DNA from: Amphiscolops sp. MND2022
Lineage: Eukaryota
Direction: 5' to 3'
NCBI GenBank assembly: GCA_964187785.1
Contig: OZ076418.1
Coordinates: 27,280,001-27,344,000, forward strand
Length of the DNA: 64,000 nucleotides
Shown piece by piece: positions 36,214-49,544 of the stretch. Made by a program: the position numbers and the translations under genes. The notes beneath the pieces are model-generated. The model did no database searches, was not told the DNA's origin, and saw only the letters and a program-made list of their open reading frames with translations. The stretch's first letter is position 1. Each line of letters opens with the position of its first letter.

Positions 36214-37481
36214 TGGTGACAGGAGTCTCCACGAACTCATGTCCGACTCCAAATAGCCAACAGCCACGCAGGACCCTCCCAGCCCCTGCAACTCACCAGA
36301 ACAGAGATCGTGCACCACCCACCAACGAACCTCAGATGGATGATGTATTGACCGAAATACATAACCTACGAACAACAATGACCGACGGAGTGATACATCC
36401 CAAAATCCTCCAAACTCAAGTACCTCAATTCCGCGGAAACCGAGAGAAGTACAACAAATTCGAACACCTACTGAAGAACCACCTACGTCCACACATGAAC
36501 AAATTAACAGAAGAGCAGAAACTGAACTATTTTCAAAGCCTGCTTAGAGACGAAGCCATAGAATTCTGGCAGACACTAAAAATCACGACAGAAACGACAC
36601 TCCAAGACATCCTGCAAGCTTTCACCAAGGAGTATGCGAAGGAAGACCTCAAAGAGGTATCGAAGTATAAATTCGATCAGATGAGGTATGACCCCACAAA
36701 AGAATCATTTGCCGAATTCCTCACTAGATACAAGAAACTTGCCAAACAAGCATACGGAGATAAAGCCAACGACATAGCCGAAACATTCTTGTTTGCCAAA
36801 CTACCGATCCAGATTCAGAATGAACTTGCCATGGCAGGCAAACACGATGCCAAGGTCGAAGAAATTAAAACGTTTGTACAACGCCGTTGCCAATATGCAC
36901 AATTGCTCCCTGGCACCTCTGACATGCAGCCACTTAACCAGGTCTACAACTACCAATCGAAGCAAAACAACGCTCAGCCGGCCCACAACCACAACAGCAC
37001 CGAGAAGAACGCCACAAGAGAAGTCAAACGAAGATTCGAAGGAAATTGCAGATACTGCAACATACTGGGCCACAAGTGGATTGAATGCCGTAAACGCCTC
37101 AGAGACGAAGCTAACGGAATAACGAAGAAATCACAACAACGTCCCCAACCTGGAACCAACAATGCCCAACAACAAGAAACCGAAAAACCACGATACAACT
37201 CCAAACTAGTATGCCAAATTTGTGGCAAGATCGGATATTCCGCACGGGATTGCAGAGACAGGGTACCAGGTGCATCGGCTTACCGAAATGTACCATATGA
37301 CAAGCAGTCCACCAATGAAAACCGAGAATTCCGCCGTGAATTCAAACAGTCGCAAAACAACTATCAACCAACCTACCAAGTCACGCAAGCGACAAGCCAG
37401 GCCACCCAACCAGAAGAAACTAACGACTGCTACGACATGGATTACAACGATGAATACGACACGAATTCAAAAAACTTGTAA
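35892..37481 (+). CDS. gag: Gypsy-3 Gag (ATG inside the LTR)
   Basis: Open frame from ATG 35892; capsid-like VPQFRGNREKYNKFEHLL; knuckles CRYCNILGHKWIEC and CQICGKIGYSARDC. Confidence 0.92.
   Translation: MVNTRSQNVDSYAACSSGMEQNSDNESEYSFPNTLSRNQINEFENGDLINVRYNSSLNSVDQRFMEMNKQISELTNIVLALTEKISSPTTECSGLNTVINTNVTRSDMVTGVSTNSCPTPNSQQPRRTLPAPATHQNRDRAPPTNEPQMDDVLTEIHNLRTTMTDGVIHPKILQTQVPQFRGNREKYNKFEHLLKNHLRPHMNKLTEEQKLNYFQSLLRDEAIEFWQTLKITTETTLQDILQAFTKEYAKEDLKEVSKYKFDQMRYDPTKESFAEFLTRYKKLAKQAYGDKANDIAETFLFAKLPIQIQNELAMAGKHDAKVEEIKTFVQRRCQYAQLLPGTSDMQPLNQVYNYQSKQNNAQPAHNHNSTEKNATREVKRRFEGNCRYCNILGHKWIECRKRLRDEANGITKKSQQRPQPGTNNAQQQETEKPRYNSKLVCQICGKIGYSARDCRDRVPGASAYRNVPYDKQSTNENREFRREFKQSQNNYQPTYQVTQATSQATQPEETNDCYDMDYNDEYDTNSKNL
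36214..36226 (+). promoter_or_regulatory. Gypsy-3 primer binding site, tRNA-Leu-like, within gag coding sequence
   Basis: tggtgacaggagt directly after the LTR CA; resembles TGGTGTCAGGAGT (tRNA-Leu complement, from memory). Confidence 0.75.
37469..37475 (+). promoter_or_regulatory. Candidate -1 ribosomal frameshift slippery site A AAA AAC at the gag/pol junction
   Basis: Heptamer is correctly phased in the gag frame, one codon before the gag stop; pol is in the -1 frame. Confidence 0.7.
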
Positions 37482-40400
37482 TGCCACGCCATCCTCAGTC
37501 CAACCAAACAGAAAGTGCGCGCACCAAAAAACCAACTCAAACTCACTACTACTCGAAAACTACAACGACAGGATGTTGGCAGCGTCCTGACAAACAGACT
37601 AAACCATCGACGAAATACTATGTACACAAAGTCTCGACAAACAACTACCACATACTCCCTCTCATAGACGACAACCCTAATTGTACAACGAAGGGCTGCA
37701 TTCCGAAAGAGACCGCAGCTAGACCACACCAACGAGAGAGTGTCAACCCGGCCAGAACCAGAAACCCACAACAAAAGACGAACGAACTGGATGACAATAC
37801 CAAACAGAGGCACCAACCGAAGCCAACAAACATCAGACCATTAAGTGCTACACTTCAGTTAGACAGAAGAAACAAGATGCTCTACGTCCCTCTTCAATTC
37901 CGGGAGTTTGAAAATCAAGGGCTACTGGACACTGGAGCAATTCAGAGCGCGATGTCTGAGAACGAACTACGTCGAATCCTACAAGCCCACCCAGCAGCCC
38001 AGTTGGAAAAACATCCAGCACCGGACTTCAAAGTCCAAATAGCCAACGGAAACATCGTTCCGGTGAGAAAACAAGTGCTTCTTCGCTTTTTCATTGGGGG
38101 AAAAATATTCGAAGAGATATTCATGATCCTACCAACAATGGGAAACATCCTCATCGGATTGTCCTTCTTTAAAAAATACTCTGTCACGCAAGACCTTGCA
38201 AATAACATTGTGCGATTCGCAGAAATAACCCTCCAACTAAAACCGCCAAATGGGAAATTCAAACTGCAGATGTTGGAACTCAGATCAACCCAAAAAACAA
38301 CCATCTCGCCAGGACAACAAATCTTTGTGACTGCTACAACGGACAAGAACATTGGAACATTGACAGGCACAATAGAGGCGTTCCCGGCCTTTGAACGAAA
38401 AGCCGAATTGGTAGTGTCACCGTCAATGTCTGAAATCAAGGACCAACAAACCCACGTCCAAATCACCAACCACATGGACCACGCAGTTACAATAGCCCAG
38501 AACAGCACAATCGCAGTCTTCCGAATACTTACGCCAAACCAAGCCAGAAACATCCAGCCAATGACTAACGAGCAACTGACGTTGATCACTAAATTCCCTG
38601 ATGAAGCGGCTAACGTGATCAACCATTTGTTCCAGGATCCCAGTGCCACAAATGATAAACGATGGTACCCGACACCCGAAACATGTGACGATCCTGACAA
38701 GCTAAATAAAATAGAAAGACGTATCTACGACGAACTCATCAAACTCCGAGAAGCTGAAAAACTCAACCCGACATGCGATGACGAACAACGCCAAACGTTC
38801 CTCAAAAATTTTAGCTGGGACGACTCGATCCTCACTGAGCACGAGCAACAGAGGATTGAAGAACTGCTCGTCAAATACCACACGATATTTGCTAGACATC
38901 GTCTTGATATCGGCATCAACACCGATTTCAAAATCAAGCTGACCCCCAAACACGATGATCCCGTGTACGCCCAGAGTCTACCTACTCCAACCAATCTGAA
39001 AGAAGACCTGCTGGTTGAACTCGCACTGATGCAGGAGTACGGGATCATCACAACGTTACCATACAGCAAATATTCCTCCCCAATTTTTGCACAACGAAAA
39101 CCTAACGGGAAACTTCGGATATTAGTGGACTTGAGACGGATCAACCACCTCCTCAAAAATGACTACAACAAACACAACCATCCAGTAACGACCATTGCCG
39201 ATGCAGCCCAGCATATGGCTGGCAAGAAGTACTTTTGCAAGCTTGACTGTTCGCAAGCTTACCACTGCCTTCAAATAGCCGACGAAGAGTCAATACAACT
39301 TCTGGCATTCAATTTTGGCAGCAGAACCTTTGCTTACCTCCGACTCGCGCAAGGGTTGAATAGGTCTTTGTCTGCGTTCAACAGCACAATTCGCGAGTAC
39401 TTGGATGTACTAGTAAAAGCAGACAAATGTGCCCAATACGTCGACGACATTGGGATCGCTGCCAACAATGTGGACGATCTGATAATCAACATCGAGGCAG
39501 TTTTCCAGCAGATACAAAAGGCAGGTCTAAAGCTGTCAATGTCAAAATGCGCCTTTGGTCACCCGAAGATCGAGTTCTTGGGTAGAAGCATCACTACCAA
39601 AGGGATTGCACCACTGGAGGACAAGATCGACAAATTCCTCAACAACCTGAAAACACCAACGTCAGTCAAATCACTACAACGCTACATCGGATTTGTACAA
39701 TTCTACAGACAGTACATACCGATGTTGGCAGAAAAATTTGTACCTCTGTTCAAATTACTACAGAAAGACATCAAGTTCACCCTGACGCAGGTTCACAAGG
39801 ACGCAATCTTTGACATTAATCAGAATCTGGCACGAGCTGCAAAACTATCTCTGCGACTACCACTACCAGACAAGCAACTGGTCATCATGTGTGATGCGAG
39901 CGAACACGCAGCAGGATACGTACTCCTCATTGAGGACTACACCGAAGCCAATGATGGACAGAAGAAGACGTACGCTCCTGTAGCATTCGGCTCGCAACGA
40001 TTCACGGAAGGACAAATGTCATTGACCATGTATGCTAAAGAATTCCTCGCAATGCACTTCGCCTTCGACGAATTTGCTCACATACTGTGGGGAGTCAAAA
40101 AACCCACAATAGTGATGACAGACAACAAAGCTCTGACCCGCTTTTTCCAGTCGAAACGAATACCACCCAAACTTTGGAACCATTGCGACCAAGCACTTCA
40201 GTTTGACTTTGTTCTCGCCCACGTCCCTGGAGTCGAGAACCCTGCTGCAGATTACCTGTCTCGACTCGACATTAACCCTGAAGACAAAATTCACTTGAAA
40301 TTGAATGACCAGATTCCAGTCCACCACATCGAGATAGATCTTGCGGCCAAAACCCCAAAACAGGACGAGGACGAAGAAGACTACGACCCGGACCAACAGC

Positions 40401-42439
40401 AACCCGATGTAGCGACACCCACTACACATCAGCCTGAAACCTCCAGTCCAGCAGACGACTACACCAAGATGCGAACTTTGCTAAACTCAATGGCGAACAA
40501 CCTTCAAACACATGACGACGAACGTCTCAAGATGATTCAGATCATCAGCCGACACCTCGAACCCGTTCTGGCAGGAGACACCCCTTCCATCATACTGACG
40601 AGGTTTACCAGACGTCACCACCCCAACTCGGTAAATCAGGTATGCCCGCAAGGGGATTCACAAATCGTCCAAGATCAGTTAAGTAACCAAGACGTCCAAA
40701 AAATGGTTCGCATTTTAGTGAACAACGAACCACTACCAAACCACGTTAACTTTACTAGCTCCTTTTCTCAAAAACTGGTAAAAAACAAAAAAAGACTTGA
40801 AGTAGTCAACAAAGTGCTGTATAGGAACTTCTTTGATAACACTGGCGGAATTTTACTCAAACAAATCGTAGTACCTCCAGAAACTACTATGCCCATAATC
40901 AGGACAATGCATGGCGACCCCATGCAGGGACACCCTGGGGCATCAAAAATGTTGGTAGAACTCCGCAAGCGTTACTACATACCAAGTCTGAGCGAACACG
41001 TGTCAAAGTACGTAAGTAACTGTATTGAGTGCATCAAAGCAAAACCTGTTAATCCAAAACGACTAACGCCTCCTCTGGAAAAAATCTACGACCCCAGCAA
41101 CGGTCCGGAAGACGTACTGGAAATCGATTTGGTAGGCGAACTACCTAACTCAAACGGATATACGCACATCTTGACGGCGTGCGACTACTTCTCACGGTAT
41201 TTGTTCGCTGTACTGATACGAAAACCAGACACTAAATCGGTGGTGAAAGCGCTCATGCAAATATTCACCCAACACGCCTACGTCCTGAAGACAATTATCA
41301 CCGACAAAGGCACGGCTTTCACATCAAACATCATGACCGGAATCATGAAAACTGCCGGAATCAAAATCGATCACGCTACTGTAAAGCATGCCCAAACCAT
41401 AGGGATGGTGGAGCGTTCCCACCAAAGACTGAAACAGATTCTGAAGATTAAAATTTCCGTCGACTCCCCCCAATGGGACAGGTACGTTAATCTTGCAGTA
41501 ATGGCTCATAACACAATCTACCATCAATCACTCAAGTGCACTCCGAGCGAAGTCTTCCACGGCAGAGTTCCGTTTAACGCGCTAGACCTCAAATTCGGTA
41601 ACCCCCTGAAATGTGAAACCACGGAAACTGATATAACAAGATTAGTTGACCAGGTGAACGACAAGTACCAACAAGTCAATGATAACATACTGCAAGCATA
41701 CCACAAGTACAAAAAGTACTACGACCGTAAAGCCCAAGCGTTACCATTAAAGGTTAACGACTACACATTCCTGCTTAATCCCAAACTCACAACGCAGTCC
41801 GACAAGATTAACTTCAATGATTTCAAATGGGAAGGTCCCTTCAAAGTAATTAAAGTACTGACAAACTTCAACTACATAATCAGGAAAGTCGGAACCTTCC
41901 GAACACAGTGCGTGCATAGGATGTGATTACGTCCTTTCACACCGAACGCACCAATACCGGACATTGAAGAAGACTCAAATCGCTTGTTCGCTGACCCCGA
42001 TGCGGCCGATGATCAAGCGCTCTTCAATGACCACTTGCCCCAACATTTGTATGCAGAACCAGCACCGGAAACAATCGATCAAGAAGAAATCGATAATGAA
42101 CATGCCATCATCTATTACGAGCATGTACGGAAATCGAATGACCAAACACTGATGCAACCAATTCCTGAGAGCCCACCTGAAATTTGCGAGCAACCTGCTG
42201 ACACTTCAGCCGTTCATCACGACACCAGCAACGAATCTGATACTGAAACAAGCGAATCTGTGACTGAACATACCACGACAATTTATAATGAGCATGACCA
42301 CACAACGTCGCGTAACAACGCAACACGGTACAACCTCCGAACCGAACGACAACCGAAAACCTACCAAGACTTCTTAGTCCACGAACTCCGAGTCAAACCG
42401 GCTTTGCTAAAATTCATGCAAGACAGACCAGCCAACTAA
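37481..42439 (+). CDS. pol: Gypsy-3 Pol (PR-RT-RNase H-IN) with one in-frame TGA at 41924-41926
   Basis: LLDTGA, YVDD, CDASEHAAGY, DNKAL, HGDPMQGH...CIEC, EIDLVG, DKGTAF, GMVERSH; 41984-42439 continues in the same frame. Confidence 0.95.
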
Positions 42440-44565
42440 AACTCATGCAAACATAACATCTACTTTCCCTCTTGCTGACAACTCGTAGGCTTCGCCTCGT
42501 ATCAGCACGAGAAGTGGTACCACATGCAAAATTTAAATGGGAGTGTTTTACACTCTCTCCAAAAAAAGAAAGAGAATCTCATAACACATACATGTAAATT
42601 AAATCAAGTAGCCACGAAGAAAAACGGTACTGAATGATACCACCAATAACGTCTAACACTCACCGTCATCAACTTTCAAAATATCCGGTCGAAGCGTATT
42701 TTCGCTCCTAACCGGCTAACGAACGACAAACGAGACAGCCGTAACACAGTTCCACACACCGCGTAGCTACGTGTTATTTAACGTTTCACTCTATTACACC
42801 AGCGGTATGAATGAAAAGAAACGCCTAACGCTGCCACGCATACCACGTCATTTTTACCATAAATAAAGAAAAAATATACATGCAATTAACTGAATGTAGT
42901 CTACATCACCACATGTAACAACCATACCATCGAATTACTTAATTTACTTCACACCATTCAGTGACGACTGATACTCACTGTCCTGCAGACCCAAGTTTAC
43001 CGGCGGAGTAAAATGGTTACTCCCTACCGAGACAGCTGAGCGAGAAAGTAAATACTTGTAATGCAGTCATATGCACCACATCAACTGAACCGGAAATTTC
43101 TAAGTACATGTAATACACGTGCAAGTGAACCACTAATTTATGCAATTCACGTAAAACTCCAACCACACGCTTTCAAAGGAATTGCTTCGCAATTCCGTAA
43201 CCACCGACTCTGAATCAACTATAGTACGTCCCTTTTGCAAACAAAAACAGCCCACAAACGAAAACGCAAAAGAATTAGCCGATCCGCTTAAGTTACGTCT
43301 TCATAACCTGAATTTACATTTCCGCCCTGAATAACCATGATGTGGTTCGGCTGTGTGGGTGCGTCATCAAAAGCGCGTCTGTGTGGTTGTACAAACATTC
43401 GGATGAAGCTTGCTCTTTAGCAAGTGGATTCGGTGTTAGTTTTGAATGGGTTTTTGCGACGGCAAACAACCTTCCCAACGAACTAAAAACACTTCCTTAA
43501 GGACAGTTACATGCAGTCGTCACCATTACCTAACAATTAAGTCGTGACGCCTTTGTTCTTACTGACATTTCATAGTCCTAGCGTCACGTCAAAAAGAACA
43601 CAGGTACAAAATACATGTAGTCAATACCACCACATGACCGAAATTCGAAACAAGGGATGGTTCACACCACCCCTTGCCAAAAAATGTAACGGACATGGGT
43701 AAACCCATTTTCCATTAAAGTGACGTTAACATTTGACACACGTCACGAATGATGACGTCTCGTGACACACATCAGCGATGACGACGTCAGAACTAACGCT
43801 CAACTTCACAATTAAAACAACACATGTAAAATGCAAAACGATTGACACCTTAGAAGGACACCTACGTTATTAAACACCCGTTAAAAACACACGCACTTAG
43901 AGTATATATAGCATGCAAAACATTAGTTCGATCATTGGGAAGGAGCAGTGCAGCTCCGTTCATTCACCTTGGTGTAACCTCAGGGCGTCAATACCACTTT
44001 CCGAGACCTGTGGGTAAACCTCCGTGAATAAAACTCTGTCTTAAGTGGTGGCTACGCAAGTAACCACCATGCAATCTCACTAGAACTAAAAACAACTCTA
44101 CTCAGCTTCCTGACAAAATGAAACCAGCTAACGAAGCTTACATGTAAAAAATTTGTATAACGTAGGCAACATGTAAATTCAACTGTAATAATGGCACTGG
44201 AAGTAAAACAAAATATAGTCAAAGGTCATGGACCAACAACAACTGAATACTACAAATCATGAAGAAAGAACAACACAACAGGTATGCAGAATGAAACAAA
44301 AATCACCAAAATGAAAACTGAAAAACAAGCTCAACGTTCTAAAACATGTAAAATAACAGCAAGTCAAACAAGTAGAAAAGGAGATTACCGGGTAACGCAA
44401 CTAGCCCCTTGTGACCTCTGATACATCTAAAACCGCTCCCGCAATAAAACAACAAAACAAATATACAAACTACACGTTCAGAAGCAAAACATTCAAATTG
44501 ATACAAATCATTTGAGCAAGCGACAAACTGCCATCTACAAGCTCAACAGCATTTCTAGTTCACAA

Positions 44566-47500
44566 CTATTCATCCGACGAATCACGGATGGCCTGTTTCG
44601 TCCGCTTGTTAGTAGACAGTGGCACATCGTCACTGGACGGTTGACTACCATGATCTGAAGCCTCACTAGCTGCCACAGATAATACCAGCCTCTTAGATGC
44701 ATGCGGTTTCCCGCCGGTTCGCCGTCCTTTTCCAGACTTCACCGCTGCGCTATGACCTCGTCGACTGACTACAACGCCCCTTGTTCGCCCTGTAGATTTG
44801 GAGGTCCCAACTGTAGCCACGTTAGGTGTCTTCTTGGGAGTCTTCAATTTCACATCAGACTGACTGCGGGGCCGCTTAGATTTCACGTCTGTACTGGATG
44901 GCATCGCTCTAGGGCCCGGCGCTACACGAGTAGGGCTCGTTGCCATTACCGCCATAACATTCAACTGCGCAAGTACTGTTGAACGGTACTCATTCACCAC
45001 CGGAAGGACTGCAGTATCAGGACCATTGTCCAACATGGATACACACAAGGACAACGTTTGATCCAGTCCGACTTTGAGAAGTTGATCCCACGGTTTAGCG
45101 CGAACGCTATCGTTTAAACAAGACACTTGCCTGTCGGTTGACTCAATAACACGCAACAAACCACGTAGGTCGCGACGCGATTTTCCCACAAAGGACTGAC
45201 TGAACCAATTCCGGACGAAATGCACGCTTGAAGCAAGTTCATCAGGATCCAAAGCTCCACCGACGTCATCCACAAAATCCGCCCGGTACGAACTAGTGGC
45301 CACTGCACTGAAAGCCAGATCGATGTTCACAACTGTTCACACCGCTCCCAGTGAGGATATGACATCCACAACGCGAAAATGTCCTCCACCACTGGTAGTT
45401 CTTCCGTAGTAAAGGCCCAGCGTCTCTTGAAAAATTGGGTGACTTCGCGATACTGTTGCTGAACTACTCCGCCATCGTCTAGCCCCACAAGCCCATGAGC
45501 AGTCAACACAGCACAAGTTGCTTTTAAGGAGTCGACACAGCGATCATCCGACCCGCTATGAATAAGAACCGGATCAAATGGAGTCAAGCTCAAATGCTGA
45601 GGCCACGTACGCTGCCACAATCCGCTCAATCCACGACATATACCAACTAACATTTTCTGGACACATTTGTAAAAGAAAGGCAGTTGAGTGCTGATGTCGA
45701 AACGGAAATACTGCCCGAAATGTAATCTATACAGGTTAGAGTCTACGCCTGCATACTCCCGGTCCACATTCTTCAACAAGGCAGCAATCTCGTACTCCGC
45801 TGGGATACTGTGAGCCGGATAGATAAACCTCATTAGTCCACGCAAAAAGTGAGCCAGTTCCCGTTCCGAGACAATGCCATAATCGCGTCCACGTCCACAC
45901 AAAATAGGACAATGCTTCACCACTAAAACACAACACCAATGAGTCACATACCAAACTTTACACGCGGAACTTTAGCTCCATACGCCCCCCATAACCTAAT
46001 TTTGAACCATATTAAAATATACGAACATACAACTACACGTGTACCCAAATGAGTATCCGAACAACCGCATATAAACCCATACTCACTCAAATCTAGCACA
46101 AGGCGCAGAACAGCAAAACGAGGCCAAATCAATGCATCCTCGAACACCTGACTTTCTAGAGGAGTAATCGGACGCAGTTCTGATGTCACTCCCGGTCTAT
46201 GAGTACCAAAGTACAGCGCCAAATCATTCCAGTAGTCCACCACTTCTGCGCAAACGAGTGCAAGTTGGGACACGTCATCTCCACCGAGTCGAATATACTA
46301 CAAAACAAGAACACGATCTACCTTTTCACCAGAGCCAAACAATCGAAATCCTACACAAATGCCATGGCCTACACACAAAAAAAAACAAAAGAGAAAAAGT
46401 TTTTTTTACTAACCGGCCGCAATAACGGCAACCAGTCTAAGAAACCCTCTTGAGCAACGGACATCAGTCTCCCACGAAAGTACTCCAGGACACTGAGGGG
46501 ATCCAGACCCGCGAACTCTGCGAGAAACTGTTTTTGTACCTCGTTGAACACTGACCGCTGCGTAATCAACCCCACCACGAGTGGAGTCTTAGGCGATACC
46601 ACTGCAGCCAACGCCAGCCCAACATGTACATCACCCTCTACCGCAATCGTCTTCAATTGAGTCCTGTCTTTGAGACACGCAAGAACTGGGATGACGTTGT
46701 TCAACATCCGCTTCTCCCATCCAGTTCCACCGGAAACAAGCGCCAAGACCACTGACGTTATGCCATGGACGCCAACGATGTGGAGCTCACCACACCACCG
46801 CCAATCACACTGACGGATGCAAACGCCGATGCAAGAGCTTGCTGCAACCAGTGCGTCTAACTGCTCAACTGCATACTGGTATAAGCCATACAACACGAGA
46901 CTCTAAACAGATATAAACAAACTGATAAACTACCGAAAAACTTAGGCGAACACAACACACGTACCCGAAAAGCGTAACAACGCACCGATAACAACCACGT
47001 GACTAGCAAGTTAACTAAGTAGCCTGTACAACTTAAAAATAACTGCAAAATCTGATTTTACCTGACACCGAGAGTAGGTCAGAGTACGGCACTCAAAATG
47101 AAGTTCGTTTGCCATACAGTCCCTCCATGAGTCCAGCGACCGGAGCACCCCATCAAAGGACGTCACAGTCAGAAAACTTGAGATGAAATTACTCAGCCAC
47201 AAGTAATTCACACTTTCGTCCTGCAAATGCGGTCGCGCGCCTTCTTCAGCCTCTGCCTCTTCAATGGCTATTCGCTCCTCCACAGTTAACTTTAGCGCAG
47301 ACTCTAGAAAGACCGGCGGTTCGGTCAGCCGAGCACGTCTGATCCGTCGATCTTCTTCTGCAGATACTGAGATACTGGTCTGCAAGATTTGTCAAGCAAC
47401 GGCTTGTGTGTCATAATCCTGTACTTTTGCTCCAATCGGGTGTGTTCAACTCCCTTCCAGTGGTCCCATAACGATGACAGCCCACGTCCTGCAATGCTCA

Positions 47501-48531
47501 GATCCGCACGACAAAGTAAACATCGAGCGTAACCGTCAATCACCCGCTTGTTCCGGGGGAATCCAACGAAGGTCCCCACGACGCCAGAAACAAAGTACGA
47601 CGGCTTTAGCGTCTTGATCTTCCGAGCACGAGCTAGAACGCAAACACACAACGCGTTAAATAGTCCCACAAAATATATATTTTTTTGCAGTCGAGCGATG
47701 GAAGCAACGACGTCGTTTAGAGTCAACACGCCACCCAACGCCGTACCTGGAAACATTCCACCCAAGGGATAACAACGCAGATTACTACACGTCGTGTAAA
47801 CGAGAGCTAATCTCGAAGCCAACCATAAGCAACTGACACGCCGTACAGAGCAATAACGATTATGCTACACCTTCGTTACAACAATGGACCAGTTAGCGAA
47901 CAGACTTACCAGTTTGGCTGTACACATAATTCCGGAGCCCAGTCTCGACGGCACTCACGGGAGATGCACCTACTGGAGGCTCATTCTGTTGAAGCATTCG
48001 TCGTAGAGCGGCGACGATATCGGTCAGACTCAATGCTTCTGCAACACACATGGTACAATCTAACCTATGAGTACCATTAGCAATGCCCAGAAGTATACCC
48101 AAGGTAATAGTTCCCGGGAAGTTCTTTTAGTCGTGACGTTGGTAACTACATTACACAAATGCCAATTCTACAAACACTTCAATTACCTTGACGAGCTTAG
48201 CCCTAATTACAAAGCACACAATAACAAACACGTTGAAAGACCGTCTCAGTAGCCAAAAAGAAGGAAAACGATAACTACGAATTTACTTACGGAATTCGCT
48301 GGAGAGAGCTATTTCCAACAACGTAGTCGCAGCCTCTACATTGGACGAATTCACACGCTGAGCAAACTGGCAGCACACTGATGGTGTCTCTCCTTCCAAC
48401 AACGTATCAACTGAGGCTTGGAAACCCTCTTCATCAGATAACTGCTCCAAATTTGACATCTCAGCTAGCACGCCTTCTGCGGCTATCACAATCGATGCGA
48501 CTTCTTCTTCAGACAATTCAGGCGATAACAT
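44566..48531 (-). pseudogene. Antisense multi-exon cargo gene of Gypsy-3: BED zinc finger plus hAT-transposase-like scaffold lacking catalytic residues; disrupted in this copy
   Basis: Chain of minus-strand ORFs joined in frame by GT-AG introns 46903-47061, 46369-46409, 46298-46321 and 45923-45951, with gtaagt donors at 48290 and 47909. BED motif CLLC-x16-H-x5-H. Frameshifts from an 8-bp duplication (47362-47377) and at ~45328. Confidence 0.7.
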
Positions 48532-49544
48532 TCAAGTAATGGAACTAATCACGAACAACGAATGGCGAACGAGACAACAAAGGTCTATAACTGTAGAATT
48601 CGCGATCTACCAGGCTTCAGCGTCTTTGACGATACGAGATGTGGTCTGATCACCCACACCCTCCGTGTTCACAAGACACCGGAATATCACAAAGAGAAAT
48701 TTCAACCGAACTTACTCGAAAAAAAGTTCACTTGGAAAAAAATCAAACTCAAAGAACGGTTTCGATCGAATACTAAAGATCGCTGGAATCTACTCAAAAC
48801 AAAAAAAGGGGAAAAGGGAAACAAGAAGACAAAATGCCAAATTCGAAAGTCTTACTACACTGCAATTGAGTTTTCCACGCAGAGCAACCTAGATGCAGAC
48901 AGCATCTCTGAACCGATTTACTGATAGTCAAATCACATCCACCTGGTATATCGCTAACTGGACAATGACAACTTCAATCAACAACTGAATCAACCGTAAC
49001 CTAGCTTACTTCCTGCTCTCGTATTTAGCACCGACGGAGATTTGTTGACAAAGCGTACGATGTTCCACTACATTCACTTCCGAACAGTTACCGAATTAGC
49101 CGAGTAATTATACCACGCTGCCACGTTCAACTAATTTCCGGCAGATTCATTCTTACTTAAACTCTTACTACAAACGACGCGCACAATTGGATGATGTGGC
49201 TACTCTCGCCACACCGACTCTACAATTACTCTTTACCGAGGTGGTTCATTCGTCACGCTAAATTCATTCTCTTCCTCTCAATTGCTGAACCGAATCGAAG
49301 TAACAATTGGTCCCAAGCAATCCGAGTACTCCAAGCCATCAAAGCGACTCATCACTACCGATGTGGTTGCTATGACATCATCCGTAACGGACAATCCAAA
49401 AGTAGCTGAGGTCACTACACCAGACGAGTCACCTTCGTAGAGAGATTAAACAGCCAATATTTACTACATAAGTAAAGCTGCTACATCTACCTCACCTCCC
49501 CGCTATCAGATTTCCAAAGACCCCTGCACACCGCTTTTTCTTTT

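Noticed and set aside
43684-44141. Possible nested solo LTR (tgtaac start, TATA and AATAAA inside)
   Set aside because: No matching inverted end with a TSD, and no second copy in the window.
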